A stretch of 55,333 nucleotides of DNA from Candidatus Geothermarchaeota archaeon (GTDB taxonomy: Archaea; Thermoproteota; Nitrososphaeria; Geothermarchaeales; JDFR-13), in the NCBI GenBank assembly GCA_015523725.1, contig WAJV01000034.1, positions 1-55,333 on the forward strand, written 5' to 3'. The position numbers and the translations under genes are program-made. Numbering within the stretch: position 1 is the first letter of the stretch; every line of letters begins with the position of its first letter. The notes below the pieces were generated by a model. The model was not told the DNA's origin and did no database searches. It worked only from the letters and a program-made list of their open reading frames with translations. Below are positions 20,160 through 29,721 of this stretch, in pieces.

Positions 20160-22928
20160 ATTATTGAATATAGGGTTAGGATTGGTCTTGAGGTTCATGT
20201 ACCTGTTAATACGGTAGAATCGAAATTATTCTGTGGATGTAGGAATCCATATCGTCACAAGCCTAATAAGCCTAATGAATATGTATGCCCTATATGTTTA
20301 GGTCTACCTGGTGCTTTACCTAGGCCTAATAAAGATGTGCTTATTAAGGCAATTAGAGCTGCAAAGGCTTTGCATTGTAGCGTTAGTGACTCCATCCAGT
20401 TTTATAGGAAGCATTATTTTTATCCCGATCTTCCAAAGGGTTACCAGATAACACAGTTTTTGGGTGGTGGATTCTTACCTATAGGTGTCGATGGGTATTT
20501 AGATTTGGATGATGGTAAGCGGATTCGGATTAAGAGGATTCATGTAGAAGAAGATCCCGCGAGATTGGTGCATCCATCGGGGTTAGGTGAATCTAATAGG
20601 GTCTTAGTGGACTATAATAGATCTGGGGCCCCACTTATTGAGATCGTTACTGAGCCAGATATAGGTTCGCCTGAGGAGGCCCGTGCATTTTTGGATAAGT
20701 TGAGATATATGTTGGAGGCGGTCGGAGTTCTCGATCCATCTATTGATTATGGTCTCAAAACCGATGCTAATGTATCCTTGGGTGAGGGTTCTAGGGTAGA
20801 GATTAAGAATGTAGGATCTGCTAGGGATGTCGAGAAGGCTCTTTCATTTGAGATTATGCGGATGCGGAGATATCTGGATGAGGGTGTTGAGGTGGAGAGG
20901 GAGACTCGTCATTGGGATGAGAGGCGTAGAGTGACGGTCTCAATTAGGGAGAAGGAATATGAGGAGGAGTATAGATACTTTCCTGACCCAAATATTCCAC
21001 CAATAGATTTGAGAACATTGGTTGATGAGGCGTTAAGTGGTATGCCTAAACTAGTCGATGAAGTTGTTCGCGAATTGACCGATACGTATTTGATTAAGCC
21101 TGAGTATGCTAATGTTATTGGTAGGGATCGGGATTTATTGGCTCTCTTTAGAATGCTTTCTCTAGAGCCTAGTAAAGTTAGTGTAAATAGGTTTCTGGCT
21201 AAATTATTGGTCAATGAGGGTAAGTATTTGTTGAAGAGGAACTTGGTTAGATTGGATGAGTTGGCGAATATATTACGGAGCATTATTCAGATGGTGATTG
21301 AGGGTATCCTTAGTGAGGGGGAGGCTAGGAAGAGGCTGCTCCGTAGGTATGAGGCTAGGGAGGGTTTGAAGAAGGTCGAGCCTGGAGTATTGGATAAGTA
21401 TATCAAGGATGTTCTTGCGGAGATAGATGTATCCGGTGGTAATCCCAGGATTAGGGATTATGTTTCTGGCTTGGTTATTAATAGGTTAAGGGAAGATGGT
21501 TTTGCTGTGGATCCGAAATTGGTTAGTAATAGGGTTATGGAGTTGATGGAGCCGCTTTTATCGAGTGGCAGGAAGCCTAGTGTTGAGGTTGATAGGACTT
21601 ATCTTCGGCCTGTAGAGTATAAGGAGAGTTTGGCGGACAAGGTTGTCAATATTAAGGATGTTTTTGAGAAGGTTGGTGAGGAACTTATTATTTCTGGTTG
21701 GCTCGAGAGTAAGATGCATGTCGGTGGGAAATTATTCATTATATTGAGGGATTGGAGTGGAAGGATTCAGTGTATCAGTGAACGTGGCGATGATTTCTTC
21801 GACATGCTGAGGCGTCTTCATCGAGAGTCTTTCCTCATAGTGGGCGGTGTAGTAAGGAGAGATAAGAGGGCTCCGGGAGGCGCCGAGCTTAGATTGTCCT
21901 GGGTTAAACATGTGGGTGGTTATGAGCCGCCTCCACTCACTCTATTGGATTTGGCTAGATCAGGTATAGAGACGAGGATAAGATATCGTTACTTGGATAT
22001 TAGGAGTATGAGAAATCGAAGTATTTTTAGTTTCAGAGCAAAATTATTAGTGGCTATTAGAGATTTCTTTAAAGAGAGGGGTTTTACCGAGATAAATACA
22101 CCAAAAATTATCACGACTGCCACCGAGGGGGGAGCCGAGTTATTTCCATTGCTCTTCTATGGTAGGGAGGCTTTCTTAGCTCAGAGTCCACAACTCTATA
22201 AGCAGATGGCTCTCAACATGTTTAGGAAAGTGTATGAGATAGATAGTTATTATAGGGCGCAGAAATTTGATACTCCTAGGCATCTAGCTGAGTTTTGGTC
22301 GATTGATGTCGAGGCATCACTATATACTCTAGATGATTTATTGTCTCTCGTCGAGGATTTATGCATATATTGCGTTGATTATTTAAGAGATGAGGCGAGG
22401 GAGGAGTTGGATATCCTTGGGAGGGATCTACCTAGGTTATTTAAGCCTTTTCCCAGGATAACCTATTTAGATGCATTGGATCTCCTTCGAAGTAAAGGTG
22501 TTAACATAGTTTTTGGTGAGGATCTCGGAGCGTCGGAGCTTAAGTTATTAGACGTTTTTGGTGATAAACCATATTTCATTACATATTGGCCTAGGGACAT
22601 TAGGGCTTTTTACTATAAGGTTAATGAGGATGATAATAGATTGACTAATAGTTTTGATTTCATGTGGCCATTGGAGAGAGGTTATCCATTGGAGCTAGCT
22701 AGTGGTGGTGAGAGGATTAATGATCCTAATTTATTGATGGAGAATATGAGGAGGAAGGGGTTGTTCCCGGAGGCTTACGAATGGTATATAAATATGTTTA
22801 GATATGGTATGCCTCCCCATGGAGGCTTCGGTTTAGGTCTTGATAGATTATTAATGGCTTTATTACAGCTTAATACCGTTTTAGAGGGGGTTTTCTCCCC
22901 TAGAACACCTAAATATAGTGAACCTTAG
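20160..22928 (+). CDS. gatB/aspS: Fusion protein: Asp-tRNA(Asn) amidotransferase subunit GatB plus aspartyl-tRNA synthetase (probably non-discriminating)
   Basis: N-part: IGLEVH, KLFC, CPICLGLPG, RKHYFYPDLPKGYQITQ, DYNRSG.PL.EIVTEP, YRYFPDP. C-part: OB-fold (SGW..F.ILRD), TPKI, AQSPQLYKQ, RHLAEF, PPHGGFGLGLDR. One open frame, extending 59 codons upstream of the called GTG to ATT 20160. Confidence 0.92.
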   Translation: MIEYRVRIGLEVHVPVNTVESKLFCGCRNPYRHKPNKPNEYVCPICLGLPGALPRPNKDVLIKAIRAAKALHCSVSDSIQFYRKHYFYPDLPKGYQITQFLGGGFLPIGVDGYLDLDDGKRIRIKRIHVEEDPARLVHPSGLGESNRVLVDYNRSGAPLIEIVTEPDIGSPEEARAFLDKLRYMLEAVGVLDPSIDYGLKTDANVSLGEGSRVEIKNVGSARDVEKALSFEIMRMRRYLDEGVEVERETRHWDERRRVTVSIREKEYEEEYRYFPDPNIPPIDLRTLVDEALSGMPKLVDEVVRELTDTYLIKPEYANVIGRDRDLLALFRMLSLEPSKVSVNRFLAKLLVNEGKYLLKRNLVRLDELANILRSIIQMVIEGILSEGEARKRLLRRYEAREGLKKVEPGVLDKYIKDVLAEIDVSGGNPRIRDYVSGLVINRLREDGFAVDPKLVSNRVMELMEPLLSSGRKPSVEVDRTYLRPVEYKESLADKVVNIKDVFEKVGEELIISGWLESKMHVGGKLFIILRDWSGRIQCISERGDDFFDMLRRLHRESFLIVGGVVRRDKRAPGGAELRLSWVKHVGGYEPPPLTLLDLARSGIETRIRYRYLDIRSMRNRSIFSFRAKLLVAIRDFFKERGFTEINTPKIITTATEGGAELFPLLFYGREAFLAQSPQLYKQMALNMFRKVYEIDSYYRAQKFDTPRHLAEFWSIDVEASLYTLDDLLSLVEDLCIYCVDYLRDEAREELDILGRDLPRLFKPFPRITYLDALDLLRSKGVNIVFGEDLGASELKLLDVFGDKPYFITYWPRDIRAFYYKVNEDDNRLTNSFDFMWPLERGYPLELASGGERINDPNLLMENMRRKGLFPEAYEWYINMFRYGMPPHGGFGLGLDRLLMALLQLNTVLEGVFSPRTPKYSEP

Positions 22929-22939
22929 GTGATTTTAGG

Positions 22940-24358
22940 TTGAAGGGACCACTGTCTTCATTAGATGTTGAGGCTAGAAAGGATCTTGTCGAGAGGCAGT
23001 ATAACCTCCTCCGGGAGACTAAAGATAAATTTAATGCATTTATTCACTTGAGGGAATTCGAGTCTATTATAGATGAGGTTGAGGGGAAGGAAGGTCCTTT
23101 AACTGGCTTTTTAATACCTGTCAAAGATAATATTGCTGTCGCTGGGCTCCCCAATACCTGTGGAAGTAGAATGTTGGAGAATTATGTCTCACCATATGAT
23201 GCACATGTCATTAATTTGTTGAAGAGATTGGGTGGTGTTGTGGTTGGCAAGACTAATATGGATGAGTTTGCTATGGGTAATTCTGGTGAGACTAGTTATT
23301 TTGGGCCGACGTTGAATCCATGGGATAGGGATAGAGTCCCAGGTGGGAGTAGTAGTGGTAGTGCGGTGGCTGTTGCCTGGGATGGTTTTGCATCATTAGG
23401 GAGTGATACTGGTGGTAGTGTTAGGTTGCCCGCTGCATACACACATATATTGGGTTTGAAACCTACTTATGGAACCCTGAGTAGATATGGATTAATATCA
23501 TATGCCGATAGTCTGGAGCAGATAGGCTTATTCACTAGATTCTCTTTGGATATGGCATATCTATTATACTATCTTATGGAATATGATCCAAGGGATATGA
23601 CGATGTATTCTGGAAATGTGAGAGATGTTGTGAGGAAGAACTTGAAAATGGTATTTGAAGGCAAGTACAGTGTTGATGGTTTAAAAATGGCGTACTCGAA
23701 TCAATTGATTACTCTGTGTGAGGAACCCGTTCAGAAGAAGGTGTTCGATGCAATCGATAAGATGGAGGGCCTTGGTGTTAAGGTTTTTGATGTGGATATG
23801 GATTTCGTTGAGCCATCACTCTCAATTTACTACATAATCGCTATGGTTGAGGCTAGCAGTAACTTGGCGAGATATAGTGGAGAAAATTATGGGTATCGTG
23901 TTGATGCCGGTAGTTATTGGGAATCGGTGCGAAAGACACGTAGCATTGGTTTCGGTGATGAGGTGAAGCGTAGAATTATAATGGGTACTTATGCTTCTAG
24001 TAAGGGGTATGAGGGGAAGTACTATATTAGGGCTTTAAAGGGGAGGAGGTGGGTAAAGGAGAGATTGAATAAATTGTTGGGTTTGTATGATTTTCTGGTT
24101 TTACCTGTGTCTCCTAGATTACCTCCTAGATTGGGTGAGGCTATTGGACCAGATGGCTACATCATTGATATTTTTACAGTTGTACCTAATTTAACTGGTA
24201 ACCCTGCATTAACTATACCTATTGGCTTGGTGGATGGTTTACCTACTGGTATTCAATTAATTGGTAATTACTTTTCAGAACCTGATTTAATCTTTTTAGG
24301 TTATTTGATGGAGGGAAAAATATATGATCCTTATCTGTCTCCGAGGGGTGTTGATTGA
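22940..24358 (+). CDS. gatA: Asp/Glu-tRNA amidotransferase subunit A
   Basis: VKDN, GKTNMDEFAMG, PGGSSSGS, GSDTGGSVR, EASSNLARY and GFG.EVKRRI. Confidence 0.95.
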   Translation: MKGPLSSLDVEARKDLVERQYNLLRETKDKFNAFIHLREFESIIDEVEGKEGPLTGFLIPVKDNIAVAGLPNTCGSRMLENYVSPYDAHVINLLKRLGGVVVGKTNMDEFAMGNSGETSYFGPTLNPWDRDRVPGGSSSGSAVAVAWDGFASLGSDTGGSVRLPAAYTHILGLKPTYGTLSRYGLISYADSLEQIGLFTRFSLDMAYLLYYLMEYDPRDMTMYSGNVRDVVRKNLKMVFEGKYSVDGLKMAYSNQLITLCEEPVQKKVFDAIDKMEGLGVKVFDVDMDFVEPSLSIYYIIAMVEASSNLARYSGENYGYRVDAGSYWESVRKTRSIGFGDEVKRRIIMGTYASSKGYEGKYYIRALKGRRWVKERLNKLLGLYDFLVLPVSPRLPPRLGEAIGPDGYIIDIFTVVPNLTGNPALTIPIGLVDGLPTGIQLIGNYFSEPDLIFLGYLMEGKIYDPYLSPRGVD

Positions 24359-24651
24359 TGGATTTGACTACTGATATTCGTAGAATGATGGAGATAAGTT
24401 TAGTTGGTGGTGACCCCCAATCTTTTTTGGAGGATGTGAAGAAGATCCTTGATTTATTCGATAAATTAGATAGTTTCGAGGATAAATTCAGTGAGGTTGA
24501 ACCATTATATCATCCACTTGAATATAGAGGTTCACCTAGGCAGGATAAAGTGATTGATGTTTATGTTGATGTATCGAAGTTAACGGATTATGTTGAGGAT
24601 GGTTACGTCTATCTCCCTCCAATAAAAGGGGTTAAAAGGTTGACTAGATAG
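24355..24651 (+). CDS. gatC: Asp/Glu-tRNA amidotransferase subunit C (divergent)
   Basis: 98 aa overlapping the gatA stop; IL..FD.L, VEPLYHP, R.D and GY...P.I pattern of GatC. Confidence 0.72.
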   Translation: MMDLTTDIRRMMEISLVGGDPQSFLEDVKKILDLFDKLDSFEDKFSEVEPLYHPLEYRGSPRQDKVIDVYVDVSKLTDYVEDGYVYLPPIKGVKRLTR

Positions 24652-25129
24652 TTTCCTCAGGCCTCTTTAGGAAGCCCTTAACTTTAGCCTGTGTTATAAC
24701 ATTGAGTATTAGTCTTGTGTGTGTGCGTTCAATATATCTATGTTCATTTATTTCTTTTATAAAATCATCTAACTCCCATCGGCTCTTGAATAAAGCAAAT
24801 ATTGTAATATCATAATCTCCAGTAATGTCATAGACAGCGTAAACATTATCATATTTACTTAATTCATGTTCAACTTGCCTAATTTTACCTTTTGATACTT
24901 TGATATCGATCAATACTGGAAATATATATCCTAGCTTTTCTAGGTTTAACTTTATTGTATATCCCTCTATTATGCCGAGTTCCTCCAATCTCTTTATCCT
25001 AGCTTGCACGGTACCAGCGGATAACCCCAGTCTTCTAGCTATTTCCCTAGCCGAGACCCTTGAGTTGTTAATCAATATTGAGAGTATCTGTATATCTCTA
25101 TAATCGACAAACGTATGTTTTGCCACCAT
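24644..25129 (-). CDS. Lrp/AsnC-family transcriptional regulator
   Basis: D..IL..L..NSR.S.REIA HTH, RI.RLE..GII.GY and VYDITGDYD. Confidence 0.93.
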   Translation of the reverse strand: MVAKHTFVDYRDIQILSILINNSRVSAREIARRLGLSAGTVQARIKRLEELGIIEGYTIKLNLEKLGYIFPVLIDIKVSKGKIRQVEHELSKYDNVYAVYDITGDYDITIFALFKSRWELDDFIKEINEHRYIERTHTRLILNVITQAKVKGFLKRPEETI

Positions 25130-25259
25130 CTATATCCACCATTTGTTCAGAATATTGTTTTGATAGGCTTAAATATTAAACATTTGTCAAGTATAAATAT
25201 ATAAGTTTTAGCTACTTAAGTAATTTTTTATGTTTTTTCTAGTCATTTGGTGAATAGCT

Positions 25260-26663
25260 ATGGCCTCCATGTTAGATAAGATACGTGAATTTAATGTGGA
25301 TTGGGTTGAGCTTCACTTTACTGATTTATATGGAAGGTTGAAGATGACGATGGTTCCGGCCGACACCATTGATGAAGACTCGATAAAAGGCGGTATTCCA
25401 AAGCTTGATGGAAGCAGTGTGACGGGGTTCGGGCGTATAGAATTTAGTGACTTAAATTTACTGCCTGATGAGGATACCTTCGTTATATTACCTTGGAGGG
25501 TGGATGGAGACGTAGTGGGGCGGGTGTATAATTATGTTTATAAGTCGCTGGGACTCGGTCCGTTGGAGGTTGATCCGCGTCAAGTAGCTAAGAAATTGGT
25601 TGAATATTTATCTAATAAGGGTTTCAAGGCTTACTCGGGATTAGAGGCTGAGTATTATGTCCTTAAGGATGTTAAGGTCGATGTTTCTCAGCCATATTTT
25701 AAGATGTCCTACATGATTGATTCGCCTGAGGCACCTTGGAATCAGGATGGATACCCGACTTCCTTTAAGGATGGTTATTACACTTCCCTACATACAGATT
25801 CTATATATGAATATAGGTATAAAGTGGCTTCTCTACTAAAAAAGAGTTTTGGTGTTGATTCGACTGCCCACCATCATGAGGTGGGGGTTGTGGCTCAGAT
25901 GGAGATTGATATTAAGCATAGTGATCCACTGAGGACGGCTGATAATTATATGACTCTTAAGTATGTCGCTAGGAAGGTAGCTCAGGATTATGGGTTATTA
26001 GCAACGTTTATGCCTAAGCCGATATTTGGTGATAATGGCTCGGGTCTCCATACACATATAAGTATTTGGAGGGATAATGATAATCTATTCTATGATCCAG
26101 ACGATGAATATGCCGAGCTTAGTCAATTTGCTAGATATTTTATAGGCGGCTTATTAGAACATGGTAGAAGTCTTTCAGCCATAGTTTCTCCAACTGTGAA
26201 TAGCTATAAGAGACTCGTTCCTGGTTATGAGGCACCTATATTTCTTGCTTGGTCGAGGGGGAATAGAAGTAGTGCGGTTAGGGTTCCAGTGTATCGTAGA
26301 GGGAGGCCTTGGGAGAAGAGGATAGAGTATAGGCCTCCTGATCCTTTGGCTAATCCATATCTAGCAATACCTGCAATAATCATGGCTGGTCTCGATGGAG
26401 TTAAAAAGAAGATCGAGCCTGGGGACCCCGTCGATAAAGATATTTACCATTTAAGTGATTCTGAGTTGAGGAAGTATAATATCAGGAGCCTCCCTAGAGA
26501 TTTATATGAAGCGGTTGAGGAACTGGGTTCCGACAATGATTATTTACGGCCAGTCTTTAACTCTGAGGTCCTAGATACTTTTATGGAGATTAAGAGGAGA
26601 GAGTTTCTAGAGCTTAATCAATACCCTACTCCTGTTGAGCTGCATAGATATTTCTCTTATTAA
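25260..26663 (+). CDS. glnA: Glutamine synthetase type I
   Basis: FTDL.G, DGSS, HHHEV, TFMPKP..GDNGSG.H, NSYKRLVPGYEAP and RIEYRPPDP. Confidence 0.96.
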   Translation: MASMLDKIREFNVDWVELHFTDLYGRLKMTMVPADTIDEDSIKGGIPKLDGSSVTGFGRIEFSDLNLLPDEDTFVILPWRVDGDVVGRVYNYVYKSLGLGPLEVDPRQVAKKLVEYLSNKGFKAYSGLEAEYYVLKDVKVDVSQPYFKMSYMIDSPEAPWNQDGYPTSFKDGYYTSLHTDSIYEYRYKVASLLKKSFGVDSTAHHHEVGVVAQMEIDIKHSDPLRTADNYMTLKYVARKVAQDYGLLATFMPKPIFGDNGSGLHTHISIWRDNDNLFYDPDDEYAELSQFARYFIGGLLEHGRSLSAIVSPTVNSYKRLVPGYEAPIFLAWSRGNRSSAVRVPVYRRGRPWEKRIEYRPPDPLANPYLAIPAIIMAGLDGVKKKIEPGDPVDKDIYHLSDSELRKYNIRSLPRDLYEAVEELGSDNDYLRPVFNSEVLDTFMEIKRREFLELNQYPTPVELHRYFSY

Positions 26664-27346
26664 TCATTATTTTTTAATGCTATTGCCTTTACTCTATCTA
26701 TAGATTCTTTAAATACTAAATTTCTATAGGTTATAATCCCTACTCCATTATCTAACTTGAAGTAGTATTGGTCTCCAATTTTTAGTTTACTGAATCCTTG
26801 TATATTCAAGTACCATAGGGCTCCAAACGTTTTCACCGCAATTTTCTTAGGTATTAATGGTATGTTAGATTCGATCTCTATTTGATGTGGTTCTTCTCCC
26901 TGGAGGTGTCTGACCAGTAAGTTACCCATAATGAGTCCAGTCTTTCTTAATATCATATTATCGTCGATTTTGAGTAGTATGTTAGGTGATATCATTATGG
27001 ATTCCTCTTTATCGATTAAATGGGTGTTCAACCTATTTGGATTCTTTCTTATTCCAGGGTTTTCTTGGGTGAATACCTTTATTCTCGGTTCAATAGTAAT
27101 TTTGTTATTGTTTATGCTGTTTATTATCTCGAATTTATTTTTGACTATTCTTGATGTACCTATTAGAATAGGTAGTGTATTTAAGAGATACTCTTCTTCG
27201 GGGTTCGAGGCTATGTATTTCTCACCAATAATTAGGAATTCATGGTAATAGTTGGATCTATTTAGGTATTCTCCGATGCTTAAGGATACTGGGTTAAGTC
27301 CGATAATTAATATTCTTACTTTGATCTGGTTATCGATAAACACCAT
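26660..27346 (-). CDS. Hypothetical protein with a Rossmann-like N-terminal beta-alpha-beta unit
   Basis: 228-aa ORF behind GGTG; RILIIGLNPVSLSIGEYL resembles a degenerate dinucleotide-binding start. Confidence 0.55.
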   Translation of the reverse strand: MVFIDNQIKVRILIIGLNPVSLSIGEYLNRSNYYHEFLIIGEKYIASNPEEEYLLNTLPILIGTSRIVKNKFEIINSINNNKITIEPRIKVFTQENPGIRKNPNRLNTHLIDKEESIMISPNILLKIDDNMILRKTGLIMGNLLVRHLQGEEPHQIEIESNIPLIPKKIAVKTFGALWYLNIQGFSKLKIGDQYYFKLDNGVGIITYRNLVFKESIDRVKAIALKNND

Positions 27347-27476
27347 TGGTTACTGCACCATATTTGTCATGTGGATATATTATATACATTTCTCTTGGTA
27401 ATACTTAATATTGTATAAATAGTTTAATTTTACGTCTATTATTGAAATTATGTTATTTGCTTAGGTGGGTGTCGGT

Positions 27477-28823
27477 ATGTTATTGTCTGAAAAGATTGCC
27501 GAATATATTGTCGATATTAGGGATAGGAAGTTACCTAAGGATGTGATTCGGCTGGTTAAGGAGAGGGTTGTGGATAGTATAGGTGTTGCATTAGGTGCGT
27601 TCAATGCACCTCCTGTCGAGATTAGTAGGAGGGTTGTGGAGAGCTTGGGGGGTAAAGGGTCTTTGGCTATAGGTGTTGGGGAAGTTTCACCTGATTTGGC
27701 TGCCTTCCTTAATGGTGTGATGGTAAGATATATTGATTTCAATGATACATATTTATCGAAAGAGGCACTACATCCTAGTGATAATATTCCAGCTGTTCAG
27801 GCTGCTGGGGAATTTGCGGGTATTGATGGTGAATTATTTATTAAGGGTGTTGTAGCTTCATATGAGGTTGCTTGTAGATTAGCAGATGCCGCTTGCATAA
27901 GGGATCGTGGCTGGGATCACGTTACTTACATCGCCATATCTGCGGCTGCTGGTGCCGCAGTCGTTCTTGGTTTAGATTTTGATAAGGCTGTTCAGGCAAT
28001 TAATTTGGCTGCTACCCCAAATATTTCATTACGTCAGACGAGGGTTGGGGAATTGAGTATGTGGAAGGGTTGTGCAGCCGCTAATGCGGCTAGGAATGGT
28101 TTATTCGCTGCATTATTGGCTAAGGAGGGTATGACCGGCCCATCCCCCGTCTTTGAGGGGGAGCGGGGGTTTTTTGCTCAGGTGAGTGGTCCCTTAGACA
28201 TGGATTTTCCCAAGGAAGAGTATATGATTAGAAAGACTAGTATTAAGAGGCACCCTGTAGAATACCATAGTATGAGTGCGGTTGACGCTGTCTTAAAGTT
28301 GAGAGATAGAATCAGTGATTTGAGTGAAGTTGATAAGGTTGAAGTTGAGACGTTTACAGTATCATATCAAATTATTGTTAAGGATCCCGAGAAGTGGAGG
28401 CCCAAGACAAAGGAGACGGCTGACCATAGCTTACCATATATTGTTGCAACTACTTTATTAGATGGATATATATGGATAGATTCATATACTAAGGAGAAGC
28501 TTAAGAGGAAGAATGTTCTTGATTTGATGGGTAGAATGGAGGTAATGGTGGGGGATGGATTTGACAAGTATTATCCAGAAGGCATTCCAAATAGGGTAAG
28601 GGTAATTATGAAGGATGGATCCATCGAGGAGGAATTAGTTATATATCCTAAGGGGCACTTCAAGAATCCTATGGATGTCGATGAGTTGTATGATAAATAT
28701 AGTAGGTTGACTAAGGATTTACTATCTAATTATAAAGATGTATGGGACTTGGTTTGGAGACTCGATAAGATAAGTGATATCAAGGAAATCAATGAGGCGA
28801 TCAATGCGGGGTTGAGGCCATGA
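27477..28823 (+). CDS. prpD: 2-methylcitrate dehydratase (MmgE/PrpD)
   Basis: RY.DFNDT, HPSDN, GWDH, R.GELS.WKG and ETADHSLPY; coupled to prpB. Confidence 0.9.
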   Translation: MLLSEKIAEYIVDIRDRKLPKDVIRLVKERVVDSIGVALGAFNAPPVEISRRVVESLGGKGSLAIGVGEVSPDLAAFLNGVMVRYIDFNDTYLSKEALHPSDNIPAVQAAGEFAGIDGELFIKGVVASYEVACRLADAACIRDRGWDHVTYIAISAAAGAAVVLGLDFDKAVQAINLAATPNISLRQTRVGELSMWKGCAAANAARNGLFAALLAKEGMTGPSPVFEGERGFFAQVSGPLDMDFPKEEYMIRKTSIKRHPVEYHSMSAVDAVLKLRDRISDLSEVDKVEVETFTVSYQIIVKDPEKWRPKTKETADHSLPYIVATTLLDGYIWIDSYTKEKLKRKNVLDLMGRMEVMVGDGFDKYYPEGIPNRVRVIMKDGSIEEELVIYPKGHFKNPMDVDELYDKYSRLTKDLLSNYKDVWDLVWRLDKISDIKEINEAINAGLRP

Positions 28824-29704
28824 TACCTATCATTAAGGGATTAGATAGACCCGGTAGTGAGTTGCGGAAGCTCTTGGAGAAGGAGGATATTTTAGTGGCT
28901 CCGGGGGTATTTAATCCGATCTCGGCATTGATAGCAGAGAAATTGGGTTCCAAGGTAGTGTATTTATCGGGAGCTGCATTGACTGGTAGTCTAGCTTTAC
29001 CCGATCTTGGAATTATTACACTCGATGAAGTTATCTATTTTACTAGGGAGATTTCTAGTAAGATATCTATACCACTAATTGTTGATGCAGACACTGGTTT
29101 CGGGGAAGCCCTCAATGTAATTAGGGCAGTCCGTCTTTTCGAGGGAGCCGGCGCCGCGGCTATACATATTGAGGACCAGGTTTTACCAAAAAAGTGTGGG
29201 CATTTGAAAGGGAAGAGGTTGATTGGCCTCGAGGATATGGTTAATAAGATAAAGGCTGCCAAGAGTGCAGCTAGGGATTTGGTTATAATTGCTAGGACTG
29301 ATGCTAGGGGAGTTGAGGGTCTGGATTCAGCTATTGAGCGGGCTAAGGCTTATCTCGATGCTGGTGCTGATATTATTTTTCCGGAGGCTTTGTATAGTGA
29401 GGAGGAGTTTAAGAGGTTCTCTAGGGAAGTGGATGGATACTTATTGGCGAATATGACTGAATTTGGTAAGACTCCTTATTATACGGTAGAGCAGTTTAGG
29501 TCATGGGGATATAAAATAGTTATTTTCCCTGCGACAAGTTTCAGGGCTTCTGTAAAGACGATTGAGATGGTTTATGAGGAATTACTTAGATCTGGTACGC
29601 AAAAGCATATACTTGATAAACTGGCTACTAGGGAAGAAGTTTATAGAATAATTGATTACTATGAATATGAAAAATTGGATAAAAAGATTGCTTCATCACT
29701 ATGA
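28820..29704 (+). CDS. prpB: 2-methylisocitrate lyase
   Basis: YLSGA, LPDLG, DADTGFG, EDQ..PKKCGH and NMTEFGKTP. Confidence 0.93.
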   Translation: MIPIIKGLDRPGSELRKLLEKEDILVAPGVFNPISALIAEKLGSKVVYLSGAALTGSLALPDLGIITLDEVIYFTREISSKISIPLIVDADTGFGEALNVIRAVRLFEGAGAAAIHIEDQVLPKKCGHLKGKRLIGLEDMVNKIKAAKSAARDLVIIARTDARGVEGLDSAIERAKAYLDAGADIIFPEALYSEEEFKRFSREVDGYLLANMTEFGKTPYYTVEQFRSWGYKIVIFPATSFRASVKTIEMVYEELLRSGTQKHILDKLATREEVYRIIDYYEYEKLDKKIASSL

Positions 29705-29721
29705 CTTGCTACATATCTTCA

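Noticed and set aside
20337-22928. Reading the synthetase half as AsnRS, or GatB as GatE
   Set aside because: QSPQLYKQ is AspRS-type. The amidotransferase half has GatB motifs without the GatE insertion, and its neighbours are gatA and gatC.
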